NCBI GenBank assembly: GCA_023247055.1
Contig: JAHFHF010000006.1
Span: forward strand, 600-64,599
Reading direction: 5' to 3'
Source of the DNA: Candidatus Omnitrophota bacterium
GTDB lineage: Bacteria; Omnitrophota; Omnitrophia; Omnitrophales; Aquincolibacteriaceae
DNA: 64,000 nt
A program made the translations under genes and the position numbers. A model generated the notes under the pieces. The model made no database searches. It saw only the letters and a program-made list of their open reading frames with translations, and had not been told where the DNA came from. This document shows, piece after piece, positions 24,001-36,000 of this stretch (the first letter of the stretch is position 1; each line of letters begins with the position of its first letter).

Positions 24001-27000
24001 GACAGCGCGGATAGCGCTTTTCTGGCGCAGGCCATTCAAGGCAATCTGGATCTGACCGGTGATTTTGCCGTGACGATCGAGGACCAGCTGCGGCTCGGCC
24101 AGTATTCGCCGTGGGGGCTGGGCGTGAAGCAAGTCGAACGTGCAGACATTGATCAGGACAATCTTATCGGCGCGCGTGATTATGCCGGCCTGCTGGCGGC
24201 GCTCGGCGGCATTGACCGCGCGGATGTCACCGGTGACGGCAAGGTCGATGCCAATGATCTCAAAGATTTACGCCGGCTGGTCGAAGCGGCCAAGCTGAAA
24301 GTGACCGGCCGCGATGTGGTGCTGGCGGATGTGACCCGGGACCGCAAGGTCGATGTGGCGGACGTGACGAAAGTCATTGAAAGCGTACGGGCTTTGCAGG
24401 CCTTTGACATCACCGGCGACCGCATGGTCAATGCGCTGGATGAACAGGCGCTTTTCTTCCTGTGGGGCGTCGAGCCGCTGGATCTGTTAAACCAAAGCGA
24501 AGCCGCTTTGGCTGAGCTGGAAGCGCGTGCGGCCGCTGCGGTCGACGCCGGGGAAGCCCGCGCCATCGAACGCGCGGCCCAAGGTATTTTTAATCAGGCC
24601 CTGACCATGGAAGAAACCGGCAAAGCGATTGCGCGCATGCTGCTCAGCCCCAGCGAATCGCAACAGATGCTGCAGGAAATTGCGCAGATCATGGCGCGTC
24701 TTTCCGGACACCGCAGCGCCATCCAAGCCGTGCTCGCTGCGCTCACCGGACAAGCAGCGCTGGCCCCCAGCCTCGCAAGCCAGCTGGAAGATGCCCTCAA
24801 AGTCCTCAAAGAAACTTTGGTTGAAGCGCGCGCGGCTGAAAGTTCGGATGCGGTGGATTCATTGGTGCTTTCGGTCGAGCCCGTGATTCAAAATATGCGT
24901 ACACTGGCCGGGACGCAGGGACAGGTCCAGCCAGGAACTCAGCCGGACCTGTCCCTGGCTGCCTATCTGGATCAGGGCGAGGCTGTTTTTGCTGAACTCT
25001 CCGCGTTGGCGCAGTCCGTGCGGCAGGCGGAAGAGACGATGGCAGGCCTTGCCGAACAAACCCGCAATGCGCTGGCGCTGGCGGATTGGATGAGCCGGCA
25101 GTTTGAAGCCGGGGCAGATACCAGCCCTGCTTTTGTGTCGCTGCTGGCTTTTGGCCGGAATGCCCTTGCCGAGTCGCAGCGTGCGGCCCAGGCTGCGCGC
25201 GCCCGGGCGTCGGGTCTTCTGGCACAGATGCCGGCGAATACCGCGGCCCTGCAGGCCCAGGAAACTTTGCGGGGCGCCCAGAGCCGTTTGGATCAAGCGC
25301 TGGAAACCCTCACGCAAAGTTTGCATGAGGCCCAGGCTGCCGAGAACGGTGCCATGCCTCTGGTGAAGGAAGCTCAGAGCAAACTCGACCACATGCGGAT
25401 TTTGGCGGCGCAGTCCGTGACCACGGCCCTCGCAGGCACGGCCGCAGCGCTCGTGACCCAGCTGGCCCGGTCCAATCTCGGCCGCGAACCGACACCGGAT
25501 GAAATCAGAGCCGCCGTGGCGGGCCTCGCGGCAGGAGAAACACTGGAACAGACGGCGGGCCGCTTGCTGGCAATTTCCGATGCGGCCCTGATCAAAGCCG
25601 CGCTGGATCCGCTGCGGGATAAAACCTCCCTGGATGAAAGTGCTCTGGGCGCGCGCTACCAGGCCATGACCGCAGGCCTCTGGCCATTGGAAAGTGCGAC
25701 TCAGTCCGTGATGAATTATTTTGGACCGGCCATGGATTGGCCGGCCGAATTGGCACGCTTGCAGCGGGGGGCCGACGAAATTCTCGCAGATTTAGAGGCG
25801 GCTCTCGCTGAAATGGACCGCTTGCTTTATTTGAATCCCGGCCATGCGGAACTGAACGCCAATGCTCTGCTCATGACCGATGTTCTGAATCAGGCGGCCG
25901 GCCTGGCTGAAGACCTGCGGGAATTCCCGCAGGTGCTGACGCCGGAAATCGAAAATTTCAACCTTGCCAAAGCCACGGCCGAAGCCAGCCTCGCGTCTGA
26001 CGAAAATCTGCAGGTCCATCTGGCCGCTGCCGAGCTTTTGACCGGACGCATCGACGCCATGACTGAAACTGCGGATAGGGCGCAAGCGCTCCGCTGGCTG
26101 GAAACTTTTGAAACCACGGCCGCCGGTCCTGTGCCTCAGCAGATCAACGCACTTGTGGCGGCCGCCAGAACCAAAGTGGAGAGCGCGCAGCAGGTGGAGG
26201 CCGGCATCCGTCTGCTTGAAGCTGCGGCCGAACAAACAGACGCAACCGCCGAATTTATCCGCGCGCAAGCCGGCACGATGAACCGTGAAATGCTGATCGG
26301 CGTCGTGGATCAGCTTCTGGGGCAGTTGGAGGCGGCCGCGGCACAGGCTTCAGGCGTGATCAGTCAGTATCCGGACACGGCGGCGTTCAGCCGTTTGAGC
26401 GGCCGTCCGGAAGCGCTGATGGCCCAGATTAAAGCCGCTCACGAAGCCATGCTGGCTGAATTATTCCATGAGCGGGTGGTCACAAATCGCGGGGCCGATT
26501 CCGTTGAAACCGCCGCGCTTTTGGCCGGTGCTGTGAACCGGTTGGGCGCAATCGCTGCGGACAATGGAGTGGCAATTCATGAATTGCCACTACGGATGCT
26601 TTATACGCTGATAAATAACACACGATCCAAAGTCGCTGTGCTGGAAAGTGAACTGGCTACGGCCGTCAATGCCGGCGTGGATGCCGGGGCTAATTTGGCC
26701 TCAATTCGCGACTACCTGGCCCGTATTGACCAAACTGCGGCGGCCTTGAACGCCCGCGCTGCGGCTTTGGGCGCGGATGTGAATGCGCCGCTGACGGCGG
26801 CTGACAAGAATACCGCTTTAATTTCGATTCTCAGCGGACTTGAAACGCAATCCCAGGCTGCGAATGCGACGGCCTTGACCCTCAAACAAATCCAGCAGGC
26901 TGTGCGCGAGATCCAGGGACAAGTCCAGTTAGCCGCTCAAGTGCCGGGGACTCAGGGAGAGGTCCAGTTAGCGGCTCAGATGGACCTGTCCCTGCTCACG

Positions 27001-30000
27001 GTTAAAAATGCACTGCTGCGTGCCACCGGCGGCGCGTCTCTGGTGGAAGAAACGGTTTATCTGGCCGCGGCCGGGCGCTTGTCGCTGGTGCTTGCCAACA
27101 ACACGAATGATTTGACCTTATTGAACCGGCTCGAAGTCTTTGCCGGTGATTTTGCGGTTCAAGCCGCCGCGGCCCGCGCAAAATTGGCTCAGCTTGCTGC
27201 CGCAGACAGCACGGGCGTCTATGGCTTCAGCGCCAATCTGCCTTCACTCGCCGCGCTCGAAGCCGATACCGGCAAAACCAAGGCGCTTGTGACCGAAAGA
27301 CTGGCGCATTTGGCCGGACAGCCGCAGGCTTGGTCCACGGATCCGCTGGTGCGCGCGCTGCATGAAGCCGAAGCCCTGCAAAAAGCCATCATGGTCCAAC
27401 AGGGACAGGTCCAAACAACTCAACAGGACCTGTCCCTTAAGACTTCGCTCGCGATCCTGGAAGCGATTGGGGAGGCCGTGACCAGCACGATCGCGGCTTT
27501 GACGGAATCCGCCCGTCAGGATGCGGCCGCTTTTGAAGACCGCCAGCGGCTGCTTGAGAATTACCGCGGTCGTTTTGATTTCTCCGAACAAGCCGCTCTG
27601 CTTCAAAGTGAAGAAACCATAGCGGCGGCGGAGCAGGCGCGTGCAGCCGAGCAAGCCGCATTCGAGCGTCACCTCGCCCTGCTGCAGGACCTTGAAACCC
27701 AGGATGAAACCCTGGCCCGGGCTTTGGCGGATATGGCGATTGACGATGCTCAAGAATTGCGCGATTTGGGCGCTGAGCCGGATCTTGCGATCGTGGAACG
27801 CCTGGAAATGCAGGCTGAATCCGCGGAAGCGCGGCAGGATTCCGGAGCGCAGATTGAAGAACTGGCCGAGGGCCTCGCCGCCTGGATCGAACGGCTGGAG
27901 ACCATGACGGCCGGTCTGAATACCAACGAGGAGTTGGCGGTGCGTGAAGGCTTGCTTGATCTGGCGGATGCCGTTACGGCGCATTGGCAGGAACTGCTGA
28001 CCGAGCCGTCTGCGGCCGAGGTGCGCCAAAAAGTCGATGCGCTGCGCAGCGTTGTGACGCAAGACCTGCAGGCGCTTGAGACCACAAAAGGGGCTGCGGA
28101 TGCGGCCGCCGATTGGCTGAAAGAAAACGGCGCGCATCTGACCGAACTGGACCGTCTGATTGGCGAGGCCATGGCCGCATTTGAGACTGCTGCGAAGACC
28201 ACCGGTGTAGGGGCGGGTTCTAAAACCGCCCAGGATGCCGCTGCTTCCGCGCGCCGGCTCTATGAAGAACTCGAAACGCTTCAGGATGAATTTATCGCGC
28301 TTACAGCCGAAGTCGAAAATGCCTCAGCCTATGAAGACGACATCAAGGCCATGATGACCGCGCGTGAGGAGTTCCGCGCGGAACTGGACGGCCTGGCGGA
28401 AACACAAATCCTGACGCAGATCCAAACCTCGCAGGGCGCGGATGTCACCCAACTCCTGAATACGATTGAAGCGCAGATGACGGCCAATCTCAATGCCCTG
28501 CGCAATCTGGACCCCGAAGAATTCAAAAAATCCACGGCCGAACTTTTGGCGGGTCATCCGGAATTGGGCGGCCTCAAACTCGAACTGCCGGATGCCGGAG
28601 CCCTGGATGAAAACTCTCAGCCCGACCTCTTGCGGGCCTTGCTTGAGGGCGCCCGGACGCCGGCGGCCGGCGGCACGCCGCTGCGCGGTTATTATCTGGG
28701 TTATCCGGCCACAGCGACGCTGATGAACCTTGAAAATCTGATCAGCGTTCTCGCGGCCCAGCAAGGCTCCGGAACCATTTTCGCGGAAACTTGGCTGACG
28801 AGCATGCGTGAGCGCATGAACGCCTGGTTCAACCGCATGTTCGGGATGGAGGCTGAACTTGAACAGTACCGCGTCCGCATGATCGTTGACAATTCCGCTG
28901 CGGGCATCGAATGGTCACGCGTACTCGATGGAAATATTAGCGCGGTCAATCAGCTGATCAGCGAAGCGTCAGGCGCTGCCTCAGGCGCGGATGCGGTCAA
29001 TAAACTCCGCCAGGCGGAGCGTATGATCGCGCTGGTCGATGCCCAGCAGCGAGCCGTGCAGGCGCTCTGGGACGATGTGCGCGCGCGCGGTGAGATGAAC
29101 AGCATCTGGTATAAGACGCGTACGATTTGGCAAAGCCTGCCGCCGCTGGATGTTTACGGGAAGTATCTGGACCAAATGGAAATCCTAAACGAGGGCGGTG
29201 AAATTTTACCGGGTGAAATCGTCGCCTATGGAAAACATGTGAGTGATTTTGCCGCGGAACTGGCGAAAAAAGTCAAAGACCTGAATCTGGCCGCCGACTC
29301 GGCGCGCCAGGCCGCGGCCGGCAAACTGATAGGCTCGCTCAAATCGAGCCTGCAGGCGGACCAGCGCGTGATGGATAGTCTGTTGACGGAGATTCGCGGA
29401 ACCTCTGATGCCTGGGTGCGCGAGGCGGCCCGGCGCGAGATCCACACCCTGCTGGAAAAGGCCGGCCAGCGCCTGGCGGATGCCAGCGTGCAGGCCGACG
29501 AGTGGCTGGATGCCACGACCTTTACAGTGTGGACCCGGTCCATTCTGCGGGAAAACGGCATCGACCCCGATCTGCCCGAAAATCAGAAGATCTTTGAAGA
29601 GAAGAGGGCGAATGTGCGCCGGAACGAAAAACTGAAACTGGATGGCGAGCGCCGCGCGGCGGCTGCCATGTTGAACGGCTTGCGCGTGCTGGCGGAACAA
29701 GCCGGGGCCGCAGTCATGGACAGCCTGATTTTTGAAGGCGGCAGCAAACTGCTGACCGCTGAATTGAGTGAAATCAGAACACTGCTCGGCGTCTTTGCCG
29801 CGCGCAGCGAATCTGAGCGCGATGCCGTCAAGACCGAGGCCTATCTTGAAACTGCACGCATTCTGCGTGATAAAGCGCTGGTTTTGATGAATAAGGTGCG
29901 TGAGCAAGCGGCGGCCGAGGACGCCACGCTGGAAGACCGCAATGAAGTCGCCAAAGCGGAGGCCCAATGGGATCTGATCAACACTGCCGCCGGCTATCTG

Positions 30001-33000
30001 GAAAATAACCGTTCAGTTCAAACAACTCAGGCGACCGGCGGTGATTCCCTGACGAACGAGGCGCAGCGATTCTTTGAGGCCGGCAATGCTCTTTATGGGG
30101 TGCTTGATGATATGCTGGCTCGCCGGCAAGTGCAGCTGGCGGGGCCCTATGACGATCTCAGTAACGATTCCGCGTTTACCATTTTACTCGCATACGGGGA
30201 TCAAATCACAGCCGACCTGACGGCCCTGCGGGATCGTATTCAGGCCACGAGCGGTATTCTCTCAAACGCGTTTGTGAATACAAACATCTGGCTGCAGCAC
30301 CTCAGCGGCATCATGGAAAATGCGCGGACCCGCGCCGCAGCGTTTTTCACCATCGGCGACCCTTCCTCGATCCGGCCCCTGGACGCCATGCGGACACTCA
30401 ACAGACTGTCCGGCAGTATGACAGCGGTCATCAAGGAAAGCTTAGAATCGCACGAATTCGCTGCGTACCGGGCGGAGAACTATCGCGCGTTTGAAAGTCT
30501 GGCTCAGGGACTGCGCCGGACGCTGGATCAAAAATACCAGCAGCTGGATACGATCTACCGGGCGGATCGCACGGCGGCAGCCCTGGCCGAACTGAAAGAC
30601 GCCGCGCTGGAAGTCTTCAAACCCGCGGCCCGCTTAAATGAACTGCGCATGGCTTTCGGTGAAATGGCCGAGGTGGCGCTGGCGGATTTAACCCAGGCTA
30701 GCGTCGTCGAATTTTTACGGACAGAGATCGAACGCTCCCTGTCTGCGAATGAAGCGGCCCTTATCACGCGCGCGGCCGAAGAAGTCCAGCAAGGGTTGAT
30801 CCGCGCCGCGTCCGTCTCGGCCGTGGGCATCGCGCGAAACCATACGAAGTACGAAGTGGTCTTTAATAATACGACACAGCGGCGCGAACGGACGGTGATC
30901 GATTATGCGCTCAGTGCCGGCGGTACAGCTGCCTTCCGCCAGACGCTGGCGCAGGCCTCAGATTTGCAAAAGCCACTTTCTGAAATGAACGAGCTTGCCA
31001 TTCTCGAAAAAATCCGCGAAACCAACGGCGTTTTTGCCACGGACTATGTCAAACGGCAGGCGCAAATGTTTGAACGCTGGCGCCTCAAATTTATTCCGCA
31101 GGACAATGCCTTGAGCGTCACGTGGAGTATGCTGATTTCGCGTGAACTCGAGGAAGAGTTTAACCGCTATACGAATATTCGCGATACGCTGGGCACTTCG
31201 GCCCTGGACGGCTATGCCGATGAGTTCTCTTATCATCTCAGCATGCTCAACTGGGCGGGGAGCGTGATTGCACGGGAAGGCACGAATACGTTCAGGAACA
31301 AGAGCGTTGAAATCGACGGCACAAACTGGGCGGTGCGGGTGGATGCAGTCGATGTTCTCGCCAAAGCAGTGGATAAGGAAACTTCGCCGGAAAAACTTGA
31401 AATGCTGGTGCCGATGCTCAAGGAACAGCTGGACGCGTTGGAAATTTTAAATGGCTCGGGGATGTCTCTTGGGAAAGACAATTACCACATCGGCGAAGCG
31501 GCGTATTTTGCCGTGCAATCCTTCAGCTCTGAAGTTAAGACCCGGGCCTATGACATTTATCTGGAGGCGCTCAAGCGCCTGGAGTTTTTCCGCATGCTGG
31601 AATTGGGCGGGGAGCAGTCCGTGGCCGATATCCGCGCTCAGGTCTATACCGCCGTCGAGATGCGCCGCAAGGCTCAGGCGTCCAATGATCTGGAACTGCT
31701 GATGACGCTTGCCGAGGATGCCCGCAACCGGCGCAAACAGGCGCAGAAAATTTATAAGTCTATGCTCACGCTGCTTGCAAAAGCCCTGACCGGCGACTTC
31801 AAAAATCTCGACAAGGTGCTGCCGGCGTTCAAAAAACGCGTGACGGCGGCTAAAGAGCTTTTAAACCGGCTGGCCGATGAATGGGCGCTGATTGACGCGG
31901 CGCGCATGGAATTGGCGGCCAAGGCGGACCGGGGCGCGCTCCTCGCCGGAGAAATCACCTCCCTGGCGAGTCAGGCGGCAAAATTGCGCGCTGAAATTCT
32001 GGGCCGCGAAGAGGCGGCCGGCGAACCTTCGGGCGCGGCGGCTTTAAAAGATATTCCGCTTGAGAAAATGGCCAAACTGCTCGGAATCACGGAGGAGGAA
32101 GCGGAAAAGGTCGTGGATGTGCTTTCGAATAAAACGCTCACGCACCAGAATTCAGCCGCCGTCCTGCAGTCCATGGAGGCAGTGCGCAAAATGTTCGACA
32201 GCGGCAAACTACGCCTCGAACGTTTGACGGCGCTGATTGAAGTGCCCTATGCCGACATTGCCGGCGGAGTCCAGAAGACGGCCGCGGCGATTAACGCCAT
32301 CATCGACAAGCCGGCCGCAGCCCAGGCAGCGGCGGATATTTTAGCGCAATTCGGCACGGGCATTTCCGCGGTTCCGGGAAGCGATGCGGCTATTTTAGCA
32401 GCCCTGGTGCTGGGCCTGTTGGCCGCCAGCGTGGAAGAGCCCGCAGCTTCCGCAGCTCTGAAAGCCATAATCCGCGAAGCGGCGGCCAAGGCGGCAGCGG
32501 AAGCGGAAATGCTCGGAGGCACCAGCGTCAGTCTGTCCGCGGCGGCCGCATCCGCCCAGGGTTCAGCGGCGATGGCCACGCGCATTGTGAACCAAATTCA
32601 AACCGAAAGCGGTACGGCGAGCGGCAGCGTGACAACCGCGGCCGCGTTAGCGGTGCTGGCTGCGGCATATTCCGCTCACACGGCACAGCCGGCGTATTCC
32701 GAAACCACGGCGTCTGTGCTAGCCTCGAATATCAATGCGTTTACGGCTTACCGGGCATACCTTGAACCGCTGCCTCTCGTGTCGCGGGCCGATGCGGCGG
32801 CGACAACAGCGCTCATTGCCGACGGACTCGCGGCCGGAAGCGACGTCAGCGCGGAGGCCGTCCGCGCGGCGGAAAAAGCTTCGGGCCTGGCGCTCATGCT
32901 GACGTCGCTGATGTCGCAGGATCGCGGTATTCCGGGTTATGCGCCTCAGGCGGCTGCGTCGTCTGCGGCCCTGTCGCTGGCGGCACTGTCCCATGCGATT

Positions 33001-36000
33001 GTAACATCGGGAGTCACCGGTGCGATTCGCAGTGCTGCGCTTAATGCAGCGGCCAGCGCCCGGGATTTGGCCGCGCAGGTTGCGGGAATTTCATCGCCGG
33101 CTCAGGGTGCCCAGGCGGCACGTGATGCTCAGGCCATTTCCGCAAATCTTGTCCAGATGTTTGCGGAAAATGAGTTAGCTATGCCGGCGGCCATGCAGAA
33201 CTTTGTGACGGCAATTGCCGTTGCGGCAGAACTGGCCGGCGGAGCGGCCGCCGGAACGTTGAATCTGCCGGAGGCCGTCTCTATGGCCTCGGGCCTTGCG
33301 GTGACCTTTCTCCGCAATAGTCAAAGCTACCTGCTTACTGCAAGAACGCGCGAGCAGACGGCGGCGCTGACGGCTCAACTTTCAACCGCTTCATCCTGGA
33401 GCTCATCCGCACCGCAGGAAGTCGCCGGCTCGATCCATGGATTAGGCGTATCACTTACAGCCGGACAGGCTGCTTCCGATGCGCAGGTCATGGATGCGGT
33501 GGTAGCTGCGACGGCTGCTTTTAATCTTTTTGCGAATGCGATTACGACCGATTTTAACATTCCAGAGGAGATTCGAACTGCGGCGCGGCAGAAAGCTCAG
33601 AACCTCGTTTTTTACGCGCAGCACCTGGCGCCGGCCACGACCGTGGATTGGGCGGTGGCTGAGGCGCTCACCCTGATGCAGAATGATCTTTCGGATCTGC
33701 AGGGAATGTTCCTTGCGGCTGGAATTGGGATGCCTCCGCGGGTATCGGCAGCTATGAATGCGGCGGCCGCGGCGCGGATGCTCAGCAGTTCGCTGGTTCA
33801 ATCTACGCCGGTATCGATTTCGACACAGGCGTTGACGCAGAGTTTGACGACGGCGCTGCTGATACTTCCAAGCACGGCTGCGCCCCAGCCCTTGGAGCAA
33901 GGCGCAGCTTCTCAGGGCGCGCTGGCGCTCCAAGCAGCGAGCCGTCTTGCCGTAAGTCTGACGGCCGAGGCGGATATTACCCGGCTGGGCGATACCAGCG
34001 CCTTGAATTCCTCAGCTCTTGCCGCAGGCCTTGCCGCCGCGGCGTCCGCCGGATCCGCCATGCCGCAAGGCTTGACGTCTCAGGCGGCGCAAATGGCGGC
34101 GACCGCCTTGTCCATGATTGCGGCCGCGGCCATGATTCCGCAGTCAACGGACGATTTGAAGCAGCAGGCCGCTCTCGCCGCCGCCCAGGCCCAGACGCTC
34201 GTCGAAAGATCGGGATCCTCGGAGGCGGTCAGTGCCGCAGAAATCAAGGAAGTTTCGCTTGCGGCGGCGCAGTTAGCCGATACCGTGAAAGCCTTCATGA
34301 CTTCGCTCAATCTGACGGTACCGGCCAAAATTGACCAGATGACGAATGCGGCTCAGCAAGCGGCCGCACTGGCGGGTGCGATTGAAAAGGGCCGTTCGGG
34401 CGCTTCGATCGTCCAGGCTTTTGGAGTCAGCGGCGCGGGCGTGATTCAATATGCGCTCCACAGCCCCGAAGGCAAGGCTGTTTATGAAGCTTATCGCGAT
34501 GTGCTAGGCCGTGATCCCAAGGGCGAAGAACTGGCCGTGGATTTGGCCGACGTGCTGGCCGGCAAACTGACGACCGCCGATTTGAAAGTGCGCCTGCTCG
34601 GTTCTGAAGAGTACCGCCAGACCCGTGCCTTGATGGAACGCGTCATTCTGTCGGTGGGTGCGGTGCTTGAAAATTATACGGGCTTAAAACGCAGCGAACA
34701 GATCATATTCGCTGCCGGCTTTGGTATTCCCGCTTCCATGGCGGCCTCACTGAATAAAGATTCTGCCACAGCTATTCTTAAATACCTGTCGGAACAAAGC
34801 CTGCACTTCGGCATCAGCGCCTTCACGGCTCTCAGCTTCATGCTCTCTCAAGACTCACGACTCAAGACTCTCGACTACGAAGAACTCGCGCGCCAGACGA
34901 TTCTCTCCGACATTCTCTCCGGCGTGCTGCGTGCCGATACGCGCGGCGAACTGGTCCTCTCGGCTTTTGCGCTTCAAAATACGGCGGCGCACGCGGGGCT
35001 CGAACTTTACGGCCGGCGCATGACGGCCGAGGAATTGCCGGCGCTTAAATTGCCGGCCATTATTCACCTGGACGGCGATCATTTTGCCGTGCTTGAAAAG
35101 GCCGACGCTGAAAACGTGACCGTGCGTGAATATACGGGCGATTCTTTTGCGCTGAGCGTGGCGGAATTTGTGAAACATTGGGACGGCTTCGTGATGAGCG
35201 CCGATCAACCGGACCGCCGCACGCTTGACAGCGCGAGCCTGCAGCTCATCCGCGGTTCGGATGCGGCGCTGGGATCAAGCCCTGCCGATATTGCGGCATT
35301 GTCCGTCCAGCTTGGCAATTTGTTTGCCGCCATGGCTTCCGGTTCCGTGGATGCGACGCTGGCTCAGGCCGCCTTGGCCGCGGCAGGGGATTTGGTTTCC
35401 GTGCTGGCCATTTTTGAAGAATTAAGCGCCAAGGGCGCTTATCTCAAGAGTGCCGAAAATCTGGAAGAGCGCCTGCGCCAGCAGTCGCTGGCCTTCTTTG
35501 AGGAAATCGACCGGCTGGACCTGACCGTGCGCCGCGCTTCGCGTGTGTCGCAAGGCAAAGCTTTTATGGATCAGATCACCGCGCGCAACAAGGACATCCA
35601 GAATTTGCTCATTATTGCCCAGTCTACGGCTATGCAGTATCCTTCGAACTCGGCGATTGCCGCGGATCTTGCCGAAGTACAGACCATCGCGGCCCAGGCG
35701 GCGAACAAAGCCGCGCAGACCGCGATTTATCTGAATGAATTGACGGCCGCCGAAGCCAATGCGGCCTCGCTGGCGTCCGCCATGCGCCAGGATCTTGCGC
35801 TCATGCAATCCCTGAACCTGCGCGCGCTGGCCAGCCGCAGCAGCGCGGAAGTGGCGTCGATTTTCTCGCAGGCGGATGAGATGGAAGACCAGATGCGCTT
35901 GCTGCGTGAAGACATCAACGACGTCTACGATGCCTTTCTCAGCAGTCAAGCCATTCTGGACCGTGCCACGGAAGCCAACGAACTGCTGCTGGAAGCGGCG

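Larger units (their letters stand above)
24480..32230 (+). other. Long alpha-helical / coiled-coil stalk region (Ala/Leu/Glu/Gln/Arg-rich)
   Basis: About 2,600 aa of helix-favouring sequence with heptad-like hydrophobic spacing, e.g. LNQSEAALAELEARAAAAVDAGEARAIERAAQGIFNQAL. Confidence 0.75.

Noticed and set aside
24916-28231. Hairpins considered as rho-independent terminators or a CRISPR array
   Set aside because: They have no U-tracts, lie in frame within a CDS, are irregularly spaced hundreds to thousands of bp apart, and have no repeat-spacer periodicity or cas genes.
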